A DNA stretch of 64,000 nt from Octopus sinensis. Its lineage: Eukaryota. The notes beneath the pieces are model-generated. The model searched no databases, was not told the DNA's origin, and saw only the letters and a list, made by a program, of their open reading frames with translations. The translations under genes and the position numbers were made by a program. Numbering within the stretch: the stretch's first letter is position 1; each line of letters starts with the position of its first letter. The DNA is taken from the NCBI RefSeq assembly GCF_006345805.1, contig NC_042998.1:124992001-125056000 (forward strand), given 5' to 3'. Positions 1-11,899 of the stretch are shown here, in pieces.

Positions 1-970
1 AGGGAGAGAGAAAGAGAGATGGAGCGAGATGTTGGTACATGTTTTTATTTATCCAATCGATCCTTTTGTCGATTCAACTCAAACCAGGCACGTTTAAGCT
101 TCAAACAGTTACTGAAATCAGGTAGTGTAGACCAGTTTCTGCCGGTGGCTATATTGAAGTTACCTGGAGCTACTTGGTACGGCTGCTGTTATTACTACAA
201 CACAAGCTATTACTATTACTACTGCTCTTACCTGTCATAAACAAACTTCTACTTGCCGACGGTCGAGAACAATGATAGCTGTTGTATTCACTACCTTCTC
301 TCCACACTGTCACTGTTTAAGCAAGTTGTGTAGTTGTCTACTATTTTGACCTAGCTTTGCTTGTTTCCAAGGTTTTTGCATGTAATTAATCTTTTTTAAG
401 CGATTAAAACTTTTTCTTATTCTTTCTTTTCTTTTCTTTTCTTTTTTTTTTCTTCCTCTATCCTCGATGTATTAAACTAGTTTTCAAAGCCGAATATTCG
501 TATTTGAATTTTAAATCGTGTTCATATAATACTTTCTGATACAAATCAAATATTTTGGTATTAAGATTTGTAAATTTACGCGTACAAACTTTAAATAATG
601 ATTCTGCTTGCCCTTTTGTTCTTTTTTTTTTTTTTATACCTCCAAACTGGAGAGTCAATATACTAGTGTCCGTTCGTTCACAACAATAACCTAAATCTTT
701 ATGTTTTGAAGTGTGAACTTTAAAACTCCGCGTACAAATGTATGTGTGTCTCAATGTAAAATATCATGGGTATATACTTATTAAGATTATATAATTGCAT
801 GTAACTATATATATTAATATAATATATACATAGTTAGGTATACATTTCAATACTTATCTAATACTAATGTCTTGATACATATGAAAAACAAATCTTCAAC
901 AGGTAAGTTCCTTGATCACCTTAGACACCGGTACTAACAATATCTCGTTTAATACTAACAGCACATAAGG

Positions 971-1007
<37 letters not shown>

Positions 1008-1143
1008 ATTAATCAGCCGAAATGACTACGATGATCCGGTTCTTGACTGAAGACTGAGGGGTTCGAATGTCCTGTCCATGTTTATTGTATCGTCTTCTAT
1101 GAGTTATACGTTCTTGTCCATGTTGTATTTTTCTACATACCTT

Positions 1144-1313
1144 AATATATATATATATATATATATCGTTGTATCTATATATGTGTATGTAAGTGTATAT
1201 ATATGTATGTAAGTGTATATATATATATATATCGTTGTATGTATATATATGTATGTAAGTATATATATATATATATATATATATATCGTTGTATGTATAT
1301 ATATGTATGTAAG

Positions 1314-1344
<31 letters not shown>

Positions 1345-1368
1345 TTGTATGTATATATATGTATGTAA

Positions 1369-1404
<36 letters not shown>

Positions 1405-1436
1405 TTGTATGTATATATATGTATGTAAGTGTATAT

Positions 1437-1467
<31 letters not shown>

Positions 1468-1493
1468 CGTTGTATGTATATATATGTATGTAA

Positions 1494-1533
<40 letters not shown>

Positions 1534-1650
1534 TTGTATGTATATATATGTATGTAAGTGTATATATATATATATTATATATATATATATATCGTTGTAT
1601 GTATATATGTATGTAAGTGTATATATATATCGTTGTATGTATATACATGT
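1144..1650. repeat. Minisatellite: 9 copies of a TCGTTGTATGTATATATATGTATGTAAGT core separated by variable (TA)n
   Basis: TCGTTGTAT recurs at about 1166, 1232, 1286, 1342, 1402, 1467, 1531, 1592 and 1630. Unit length varies through the TA run. Confidence 0.9.
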
Positions 1651-2550
1651 GTGTGTGTGTCTGTGTCTGCCTGTCTGTGTATGTGTGTGTACATGTAAAT
1701 TAGGTGTAAAATAACCTAAATTGCTTTAAGTACCAACATTAATTTTCACTCTGTCACACATCTCGTTTACTTGAATTGAAACAATTAAAAATATATTTTC
1801 TCTGGATTAAACTGTACCTATTTTTTAGCTTTAATCTACGAAGCCAATTCAGCTATCAACGCTACGTAAAGTAAATAAACAATATTCACCTTTGTACGAT
1901 CTATCAAAACTTCTGACACACACACACGCACACACACACAAGTACGAGAAACTCCTATGCATATACTTAGAAACGAATTTGGCGGTTATAAAAAAAAGAA
2001 AAGCAAACTTATACCGAAATACAATATGTGTCATATGTACACCTTTTATTAGCGCGTTCCAACAAAACAGAAGTAGGGAACGATGGAAAGAACACCTCAT
2101 AATTGAAAGTGATTTTAGAAAATAATTTAGAAACTACAGCAGAAATCACGCTGGTAGAGTTGCCCCGGAAATTATAGTATGCTTATAAATTTAAAGATAT
2201 TGGGGACTGTGTGGAATACAACGAAATTTTGTGTGTGAATGTGTAAACATTATAATTATATATATATATATAAATATGCACATACCTATGTATACATGTA
2301 AATATATACGTGTATATATATATATATGTATGTATATCTATCTATCACTATGCATGAATGTGTGTGTGTGTGTGTGTGTGTATACGCACACTCACGCACA
2401 CTCACACTCACATATCCCGGTTGGAGTAAGAGGAAGTTTATATTAAAATGTATTAGAAGCACGTACAGGTTTCCGAGTCTGTTTTTCATTTATATATATG
2501 CGAGTGGGCGTGATACACACACACACGCACACATATATGTATATATAATA

Positions 2551-2950
2551 GGCGTAGGAGTGGCTGTGTTGTAAGTAGCTAGATTACCAACCACATGGTT
2601 CCGGGTTCAGTCCCACCGCGTGGAGCCTTGGGCAAGTGTCTTCTACTATAGCCTCGAGCCGGCCAAAGCCTCGTGAGTGGATTTGGTAGACGGAAACTGA
2701 AAGAAGACTGTCGTATATATGTATATATATGTATGTGTGTGCGTATGTGCTTGTGTGTCTGTGTTGGTCCCCCCAACATCGCTGGACAATCGATGCTGGT
2801 GTGTTTACGTCCCCGTAACTTAGCAGTTCGGCAAAAGAGACCGATACAATAAGCACTAGGCTTACAAAGAATAAGTCCTGGGTCGATTTGTTCGACTAAA
2901 GGCAGTGCTCCAGTATGGCCACAGTTAAATGACTGAAACAAGTAAAAGAG
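2551..2950 (+). mobile_element. SINE family A (tRNA-like head, CORE-like GCACCTTGGGCAAGTG block, internal TA/TG microsatellite, LINE-like tail), full length
   Basis: A-box-like TGGCTGTGTTGT and B-box-like GGTTCAGTCC. Collinear with copies at 14048, 16768, 37517, 38381 and 49665. Ends ACTGAAACAAGTAAAAGAG. Confidence 0.9.
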
Positions 2951-2981
2951 TGTGTGTGTGTGTGTATGTGTGTGTGTGTAT

Positions 2982-3015
<34 letters not shown>

Positions 3016-3018
<3 letters not shown>

Positions 3019-3320
3019 AGTGAATTTGGTAGGCGGAAACTGAAAGAAGCTCATCGCATATATGTGTGTGTATATATAGATATATATATATATATATATA
3101 CCTACGTATATGTGTATATTTGTGTTTGTACACCCCACCATAGCTTGACAACCGATGTTGGTGTGTTTACGTCCCCATAACTTAGCGATTCGGCAAAGGG
3201 GGCGATAGAATAAGTACTAGGCTTACAAAGAATAAGCCTTGGAATCGATTTGTTCCACTAAAGGCGACGCTCCAGTATGACCTCAGTCAAATGACAAACA
3301 AGTAAAAGAATAAAAGAATA
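3016..3320 (+). mobile_element. SINE family A, 5'-truncated copy
   Basis: Starts at GTGAGTGAATTTGGTAGGCGGAAACTGAAAGAAG and continues through the internal microsatellite and 3' module to AAGTAAAAGAATAAAAGAA. Confidence 0.85.
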
Positions 3321-3547
3321 TGTGTGTGTGTGTGTGTTTATGTATGTATATATCTGAGTGTGGGGGTTAAATATGTGTATTATGTATACACTATATACAT
3401 TAATGTGTGTACGTATGTATCTAACTAGTCGTGTGTGTGTTCGAGAGAGAGAGAGAGTGACTGTGTATGTGATATATATTTAAAACACATACGTACATAC
3501 ATGTAGTTAAACAGATAGGCAAATATATATACTATATATATATGTAC

Positions 3548-3712
3548 ATATATAGACATTTCCTTTCATTATTTGGTTTCAAATCGACTCCAGGATTTAT
3601 TCTTTGTAAGCCTAGTACGTATTATATCGGTCTATTTTGCCGAGCTGCTAAGTTACGGGAATGTAAACACACTAGTATCGGTTGTCAATCGATGTGGGAG
3701 AGGACAAACACA
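3548..3712 (-). mobile_element. SINE family A, 3' module only
   Basis: Reverse complement of the CGATACTAGTGTGTTTAC...TAGGCTTACAAAGAATAAATCCTGGAGTCGATTTG module. Confidence 0.75.
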
Positions 3713-3719
3713 CACACAC

Positions 3720-3766
3720 ACACAAGCATATACACACACAAACGTATATATATATGTGTGTGTATG

Positions 3767-3807
<41 letters not shown>

Positions 3808-3850
3808 GTGTGTGTGTATCATATATATATATATGTATGTATATATATAC

Positions 3851-3902
<52 letters not shown>

Positions 3903-3981
3903 GTGTGTGTGTGTGTATCATATATATATAGTATGTATATATGTATATATATATATTATATATATATATGAGTGTGTGTAT

Positions 3982-4018
<37 letters not shown>

Positions 4019-4360
4019 AAGTATATATATATATATACATATATTATATATATATATATACGTGTGTGTGTGTATCATATATATATATATATGTATGTAT
4101 ATATGTATGTATGTTATTATGTATGTATGTATGTATATGTATATGTATGTATGTATGTATGTATATATATATGTATGTATGTATGTATATATATATGTAT
4201 GTGTGAATATATATATATGTATGCATGTATGTATATATATATGTATGTGTGAATATATATATATGTATGCATGTATGTATATATATATGTATGTATATAT
4301 ATATGTATGTATGTATATGTATATATATATGTATGTATATATGTATATATATTTTTCTTT
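3720..4360. repeat. Compound TA/TG/TATG microsatellite block
   Basis: Direct reading of the sequence. Confidence 0.95.
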
Positions 4361-4423
4361 TTTTTTTTCCTAGTTTCAGCTCAGATGGATTGATAGATAT
4401 ATAGACTGATAGATATATATGTA

Positions 4424-4705
4424 TATAACTTAGAATAACTTAGAAAGGTTTTGGCCATGTCTAACTTAATAGCACCACCTGGCGAAGTCTTTCAGTTCAG
4501 GATTTGGGCACCAAGGCCCATTCGAGCAGAGAGTTATTGTTTGCGGAGACATATCCGGGTGTGGGTGGTTTGTCCGGTACTGTTTGAAGGAATTTGTCCA
4601 AAGACTTCTTGAACTTTGTGTGGTCAGTTTCTTTTTTGACGTGTCCTGGTGTAATGTTGAAGAGAGCGGGTCCAATGGAGGTGAAATAGTTGTGCCGTAT
4701 TGTCG
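4424..4705 (-). mobile_element. 3' end of a CR1/L2-like LINE (ORF2 C-terminus, 3' UTR and TTCTAAGTTA tail repeats)
   Basis: Minus translation [17 protein letters not shown]...[17 protein letters not shown]...NNSLLEW matches the typical ORF2 C-terminal GPxLFN / FKxxLDxFL / SNSL pattern. Ends in (TTCTAAGTTA)x2. Confidence 0.7.
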
Positions 4706-4730
4706 TTATGTGATGCGATATATACATATG

Positions 4731-4761
<31 letters not shown>

Positions 4762-4795
4762 GTGTGTATGTATAATATATATATAGATATGTATG

Positions 4796-4828
<33 letters not shown>

Positions 4829-4859
4829 TATAATATATATATGTATGTATATATATATG

Positions 4860-4916
<57 letters not shown>

Positions 4917-5964
4917 TACCCTACTAAGTTTTGAATATTGTTTAAAACAGTCACCATTTTTCCAGTCTACGGTAATATAAGTGAATTTGGCATACTTGTA
5001 TATCTACTACATATGTTTATATATATATCGTACCTAGATACTGTTTAGTCTACGTTCTCTCTTGACAGGACTCTAATATTAAATGAAGTGTTAAATGTCT
5101 ATAGTGTGCACAGTGGTAGTCCCAGTTCTCTAAAACTACTGGATTTGATGTGTCAACGGAAAACTTGATGTTTGACGTGTTTTTAATCCTAATACTAGTA
5201 AGTCTACACGCAAACATACATACGTGCCCGTGTGTGTGTGTGTGTGTGTATGTGTGTGTGTGTGTGTGTGTGATAGATAGATAGATAGATAGATTGATAG
5301 ATATATAGACAGATCGATGGATTGATAGATAGATTCACAAGTGATCACTGTTTACAGCGCGTCTTATTTCTTCCCAGGTTAAATTAATTCCATGGTGGAA
5401 ACAAGTGCCTTGCTCAAAGACACAACGGACCATGCACTTTAAGCAACTAAACGTATGCCTACCATGTTTCTGAAGCCTCATACACAGCGAGAAATGAAGG
5501 AATCAAATAGTTAATCATTAACTGAAATTCATAAATATACATATTCCAAATATTTATATATTCAAACATTAATTAAACTGGATTTAATTATTTAAACAAA
5601 TCATCAAATTTAATAGAATCTAAATGTGAATGAAATCATTTAATGAACTATAACCGGTACCGTAGTGTTATTCACATGAATCTGACAGATTTTGGACTGT
5701 AAGGATTACTTTGTGTGTCGTATATGAACGTTTCTTCATGGATTCTTCAGCTAGATTTATTTAAGCATTTTTTTTGTTATATCCTTGGCTTCGGAAACTG
5801 GATCCTATGAAAAAAACATTTCACATATTCCATCATTCTCACTAACAACTTCTTTCTACTTTCAGGTAAGAAAACCTTTGAAAGTATTGTCAACATTTTC
5901 AAAACATAATTTGTCAAGCATCAAGGTAGGCCGTAAGTTATATAAGCTTTTATGCGTGAGTCTG

Positions 5965-6260
<296 letters not shown>

Positions 6261-6446
6261 ATGCATCGGTAGCCACTACATGCATTTTTTTCTCTCCTTG
6301 TTTTTTTCTGTGTCCCTTTCTGTAGAAGAGCGTAGGCTCGAAACGTAAAAGACTTCTTCAATTTCCTAAGCGTTATACTAATACATCTGTTTGTTTTATA
6401 CACCACCTGTCTTCGTCTTTTGTTTTTTTTTTCGTGAACTCTCCCC
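6261..6446 (+). mobile_element. Probable 3'-terminal fragment of a Penelope-like element
   Basis: Contains a hammerhead-like motif (GAGC-GTAG-GCTC-GAAA-CG-TA), then a pyrimidine-rich tail ending in a TA run. Same layout as the 3' end of the element at 8390-10914. Confidence 0.5.
6316..6351 (+). ncRNA. Degenerate type I hammerhead-like motif
   Basis: Stem I CTTT/AAAG, core CTGTAGAA (non-canonical versus CTGANGA), stem II GAGC/GCTC, GAAA, palindromic ACGT stem III, GUA triplet. Confidence 0.4.
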
Positions 6447-6672
6447 ATATATATATACCTGTAGATATAATATGTGACAATTAGAGTCAAATAAATTGTA
6501 AAGAGAAAGTAGACTTCATGTTTAGCGATCCACTTGTTCAAGCTAAGCAAACTCAGTCATAGCCAAATTGATTTGTACAAGGTGTATATATGTGAGTGTC
6601 TGTGTGTGAGAATATATATGTGTGCATGTGTGTGTGTGAGAATATATATATATGCATATATATATATATATA

Positions 6673-7964
6673 CGAGGGACGTTCAATAAGTAATGCCTCT
6701 GACTCACTTGCAGTTGTTTGATTTAGCTGAAATTTTGCATGTGCAATCATTTATATCTCTATAGAGTAAGTGGCAAATTACAGCTCTGAATTCATTGTGG
6801 TTTCTGATTTACAGGTGTTTGAACCGAGTCAAGTGTGAAATGGAGCCTGTTGAGTGTCGAGCAGTGATCCGGTTTTTGTATTTGAAAGGACGCACACCAC
6901 GGGAGACTTTTGATGAAATGAAAGTAACTTATGGTGATGATGCCCCATCATATGACCTTGTAAAACGCTGGCATCGTGAATTCAAACATGGTCGGAACTC
7001 TGTGGAAACAGCTCCCAGATCTGGTCGCCCCCTTCTGCCATTGATGAGACATCTGTCCGTCAAGTTGATGCTGCCATTTTGGAAGACCGACGCATAATTA
7101 TTCGCCAAATAGCCCATAAGGTCAATATTACTACCGGGTCTGTGGAAACTATCATTCATGACCATTTGCATATGCAAAAGGTGTCTGCCAGATGGATTCC
7201 CAGGTTGCTCACGCCTTTCCAAAAGCAAGAACGCGTCGAGTGCTCGAGGGTGAATTTGGAGATGTGCCAAGAAGATGAGTCAAAATTTTTCAAAAGACTG
7301 ATTACACAGGATGAAACCTGGGTCCATCACGATGATCCAGAGACCAAAGCCCAGTCAATGCAGTGGAAGCACCGTGATTCACCCCCTCCAAAGAAGGCAA
7401 GTGTGCAGCCCTCCGCTGGCAAGGTCATGCTCACAGTCTTCTGGGACCAGGACGGAGTAGTGATGACAGATTTCCTGGCAAAGGGTACCACAATTGCAGG
7501 AGCCTATTATGCTTCACTTTTGAGGAAATTAAGAGAAGTTATCAAAATCAAGAGGCGGGGTAAGATCAGCAAAGGCATCCTCCCCCTGCAGGACAACGCT
7601 CCGGTCCACAACTCGCTTGTCGCCAGATCAGAAGCACAGGCGTATTGCTATGAACTCCTCTCCCATCCCCCCTACTTTCCTGACCTTGCACCCTCTGATT
7701 TTCACCTCTTCCTAATCATGAAGTTGTTTTTGAAAGGAAAGCGTTTCCCAGATGATGCAGCCTTGATTTCTGAAGTCACGTTGAGGTTGGAGGACCAAGC
7801 TGGGTTCTTCTACAAAAACGGTCTCCAGAGCCGCATCAAACGATAGGAGAAATGCGTAACTCTGGGTGGTTCCTATGTAGAAAAAGACTAATAACTGTGC
7901 CAAGTTTCGTTGCTCTACTGCTATGGGAAGTGTGTCAGGGGCATTACTTATTGAACGCCCCTCG
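6673..7964 (+). mobile_element. Complete mariner (DD34D, irritans/Himar1-Hsmar2-like) DNA transposon, 1292 bp
   Basis: 31-bp TIRs CGAGGGACGTTCAATAAGTAATGCCTCTGAC (6673-6703) and its reverse complement (7934-7964) with 2 mismatches. TA on both sides. Confidence 0.97.
6840..7891 (+). pseudogene. Mariner transposase with one frameshift (C-run about 7028-7032) and one nonsense codon (7844-7846)
   Basis: MEPVECRAVIRFLYLKG..., WIPRLL, QDETW, QDNAPVH and YFPDLAPSDF motifs, with 34 residues between the 2nd and 3rd Asp. After the TAG the frame continues EKCVTLGGSYVEKD*. Confidence 0.95.
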
Positions 7965-7998
<34 letters not shown>

Positions 7999-8092
7999 AG
8001 CAATAATAAATCTCTGAACGAGGTTTATAATATATATATATATATTCTCACACACAGACACTCACATATATACGTGTATGTGTGTGTGTGTT

Positions 8093-8130
<38 letters not shown>

Positions 8131-8434
8131 TGTGTGTGTGTGTGAATGCGCGTGACTGTGCGTTTTACATTATCTCAGACAATAGCAACAACCGAAACAC
8201 AACTTTTACGTTATATTCATTGGGCTTTCCGATATATGCTACAATTGTAAGATTCAAGAAAAGTGACCGATATAATGAAATATTGCTAGGTCTTGTCACT
8301 GAATAAGGAATTTATACTTTGGTGGTACATATGCTGTAAAGAAACTCAACTCTTACACCGCAGGTGAACTCTTCAAAGTTATATGCATATATAACAAAAC
8401 TATATATGCACAAAACTACAGTCAACAAAAAATA

Positions 8435-10199
8435 ATGAGGGGACTAAAATCCATATTAAACCCATACAAAGCAGGGCTCACCGACAAAGAATATGATTAT
8501 ATGACCAATTTCACAAGTAAAACTAGCCAATTCTACGGTATACCTAAGATCCACAAAAGTGAAAAAATAAGCAACGCATGCAAGATAGCTACAGACAAAA
8601 TAATTAAAGTCCCTAATCCTAATGACCTCAAATTGAGACCCATAATAGCAGGTCCCGCATGCGAAACCCACCGCCTCAGTAACTTTTTAGACACCCTGTT
8701 AAAACCACTCCTCAAACATGTCAAAAGCTATATAAGGGACGACTTAGATATGCTCAATCACCTACCGAATACTATAAACAAAAACACCATACTGGTATCC
8801 TTCGATGTAGCCAACCTCTACTCCAATATCCCCCACAACCTAGGACTAGAGGCAATCCAATTCTGGCTAGAGAATCACGCCAACGAACTACCACACCGCA
8901 TCAAAAAAGAATTTGTGATAGAAGGGGTTAAATTCATCCTGGAAAATAACTTCTTCGCCTTCAATGACAACTTCTACCGACAAAAATCGGGGACTGCGAT
9001 GGGTACACGAATGGCCCCCTCCTTTGCCAACCTAGTCATAGGATACCTAGAGATCAGTCTGTATCGTAAGGTTCTAGAAAGATATGGCAGCCCTTTCTCC
9101 ATCTACATAGAAAACAACTGGAAGAGATATCTAGATGACTGTTTCATCCTTTGGCATAAAAATATAGAAAAACTCATAGAATTCCAGAAAATTTTAAACG
9201 GACTGGACGTAAACATCCAATTCACGATGGAATATAGCCAACAACAACTCCCCTTCCTCGATATCCTCATTAAGAAAGCTAATAATATAATAGAAACAGA
9301 CATATACTATAAGCTTACAGACTCTAAGCAATATCTTCCATTCAATTCATGCCACCCCAGACACACCAGGATGAATATCCCCTTCAATCTAGCAAAAAGG
9401 ATATGCACTATAGTCTCTAACGCAAACACCAGAGACACACGACTACAAGAACTAAAAGACACCCTTATCACCAGGAACTATCCACCTTCACTTATTGACA
9501 AGTGCATTCAACGTGCCCTTCAACTTAACATCAAGGAACTGAGACATCCTAAATCAAAGAAAAACTTACAACCAAAAGCCTTACCATACATCTCCACACA
9601 CAACCCTCTCAATAACGAAGCCTTCGACACCATCCTCCACAACATACCCCTCCTAAAAAAAGACCACAGAATGAACACAATCCTCCAAACACACACGATC
9701 ATAAAAAGCAAAAGACAGCCTAGATCCATGAAAAGTCTTCTTACACAAGCCCGAATTCACTCTTCAACACAGAAGCCGACAGTAAAAAAAATGTGGAAGA
9801 CCCAATTGCGGGATATGCGACTATCTAATTGAGGGATCAGAGTTCTCCTTCAAACAGGGACAACGGTTTACAGTGAAAAGCAACTTCACATGTGCTTCGG
9901 AGAACCTAATATACTCACTAACCTGCTTCGGGTGTCAAGAGCAGTACATAGGCCAAACAAAAAATGGTTTGCGTAAACGAATGGCCCTGCACAGATCCCA
10001 GATAAAAATTCCCCAAAACAGAAAAATAGCTTTTAGCCAACACATAGATACTTGCGCCAACAAAAAAACACCAAACTTCAGAATTTTCCCCCTCTACCAA
10101 TTTAGGGACGATACAACCTCGAGACAACGAATAAGTAAAGAAAATCTCTTTATTACAAAATACAAGCCACTTCTTAACGGGTCTACGACAAACAATTAA
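8435..10199 (+). pseudogene. Penelope-like reverse transcriptase + GIY-YIG endonuclease, split by one extra A in the A8 run at 9784-9791
   Basis: RT motifs YGIPKIHK, LRPII, SFDVANLYSNI, GTAMGTRMAP, RYLDD and LPFLD. Removing one A gives ...VKKCGRPNCGICDYL...NLIYSLTC...YIGQT...LHRSQ...FSQH, the Cys/His-flanked GIY-YIG typical of PLEs. Confidence 0.93.
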
Positions 10200-10324
10200 T
10201 ATACCTCAACTTTAGAATAAAAGAAATATATACACACACAAATATTACACTCCATAGAATCCATTACTAATCAGCCCCATCAAAGCTATACTTACACCCA
10301 TTCATATTCTCCCTTCTCTGTTTT

Positions 10325-10486
10325 TTTCTTCTTCTTCTTCTTCTTCCTCTTCATCATCATCATTATCATCATCATCGTCGTCATCATCATCACCACCATC
10401 ATCACCACCATCTTCTCCTCCTTCTTCTTCTTCTTCATCATCATCATCAACATCGTCATCTTGTTCTTCTACTTCTCCACCTTCCA
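10325..10486. repeat. Compound (TCT)n/(TCA)n trinucleotide repeat inside the PLE 3' region
   Basis: Direct reading. It produces the spurious poly-D/E ORF at 10302-10487. Confidence 0.9.
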
Positions 10487-10820
10487 CCCCTTAACCTTGT
10501 CACTAATGTCTTTCAGTATAACGCCTACGCAAATTCCATAAACAATTCCTGAATTGAACTGCGACTACTGTCAACCACTGTCAGCCACTGACCATTCAAA
10601 ATACGACCATTAAGGCATTCCCAGATTTCCCCACCCCTCTCCACATCAGCCCCATTATTCTTCACCTATCCTACCAAGAACTCAAAACGACCTCGAACAC
10701 ACAAGTGCAAACAAGGGAGTCAGAGAAAGGGAGAATGCTACTTATATCTGAACACTACTACAGAAATATTCTTTTAAAAAAACTTTTCTTCTAATTTTTC
10801 TAAATTTAATTATTTAATCG

Positions 10821-10864
10821 TTACAGTTGAAAAGATCTCAAAATGACCGAAACCGGTACTGAAA
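10821..10864 (+). ncRNA. Minimal type I hammerhead ribozyme, U3-A8 core variant
   Basis: Stem I TTACAG/CTGAAA (5/6), core TTGAAAA, stem II GATC/GACC (3/4), GAAA, palindromic stem III ACCGGT, GUA cleavage triplet ending at 10858. Located downstream of the PLE ORF. Confidence 0.65.
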
Positions 10865-10910
10865 GATTCACTATAAAATCATCTTAGCATTTTCTATTTT
10901 TGACTTGTTT

Positions 10911-10929
<19 letters not shown>

Positions 10930-10952
<23 letters not shown>

Positions 10953-11086
10953 GTAAATATAATATGTGACAATTAGAATCAAATAAGTTGTAAAGAGAAA
11001 GTAGACTTCATGTTTAGTGATCCACTTGTTCTCCCATACAGACACTCACCTATATACACCTTGTCCAGATAAATTTGGCTATGACT
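10930..11086 (+). repeat. Duplicated blocks B+C (paralogue at 6453-6540; block C is inverted there at 6555-6612)
   Basis: CCTGTA(A/G)ATATAATATGTGACAATTAGA...GATCCACTTGTTC is shared. 11028-11086 matches the reverse complement of 6555-6612. Confidence 0.88.
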
Positions 11087-11163
11087 TACTTTCTCTTTAC
11101 AATTTATTTGATTCGATATTCAGTATAGAATCACGCCATCAGTAAATGTTATGTTGGCATATT

Positions 11164-11250
<87 letters not shown>

Positions 11251-11253
11251 TAT

Positions 11254-11321
<68 letters not shown>

Positions 11322-11899
11322 TGATATTAATTTGTCCACTGTTGAAGCATCTTCTAAGGTGTCATGCGGCTCTTACTCATTAGCTATAAAAGTGCAAGTG
11401 TTTATGTAACATGGATGTATACACGTGTGTACGCGTGTGGGGATAGAGCGAGTGTGCGTGTGTATGTTTGTGTGTGTATGTGTGTGATCTTATATTACTT
11501 TCGTTTGAATGACAGTTCTCTCTATTGTGAATCCTCGTAAAGCGCGATCTTTCATATTATGTTGTGGGAAACCTTAGCGATAGTCCAATCATCATTTAAC
11601 TAACAGGTTCATTATTTATTTATTTATTTCATTTGTACTTCTTTATTTCATTTGTACTTCCAAGCACACAGCAACATTCACGCACACACATACATACACA
11701 GTGAACAATGCATTAAGTGTAAACTGAATAATAAATTCAAGAACCAGCTGCAACCTTATGATAGATCATTTAAGATTTACAGGAACTGTCGACAGTTATA
11801 AGTAAAGTTAATTACCCTTACATATGAAGTGCGAAATTTCTAGTGCATAGGTGTACCAATCGCAAGTTTACATTAAACCTACAATCGATATATGCTGCG

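Larger units (their letters stand above)
8390..10914 (+). mobile_element. Penelope-like retroelement (Penelope/Poseidon type), 5'-truncated, with 3' UTR/pLTR-like region
   Basis: RT plus GIY-YIG ORF, a ~700-nt 3' region containing a hammerhead motif, and an end in a TA run. Boundaries are approximate. Confidence 0.9.

Noticed and set aside
458-754. 98-aa minus-strand ORF, and similar unassigned ORFs at 61567-61818, 57655-58119 and 58535-58822
   Set aside because: No recognisable domain or consistent splice structure. Lengths are compatible with chance, and some overlap simple repeats or SINE fragments.
1007-1143. Short unique island with GGTTCGAAT and CTGAAGA between TA runs
   Set aside because: It cannot be folded as a tRNA or a hammerhead. 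Probably a TE-end fragment, but not classifiable.
1144-1650. CRISPR-like repeat-spacer appearance (also 45394-45527)
   Set aside because: The spacers are pure (TA)n or absent, there are no cas genes, and the context is eukaryotic.
6840-7891. SETMAR-like host gene
   Set aside because: No SET domain; it is flanked by TIRs and TA and has a frameshift and a stop, so it is an ordinary mariner copy.
10302-10487. Poly-Asp/Glu 61-aa ORF
   Set aside because: Reverse translation of a TCT/TCA repeat inside the PLE 3' region.
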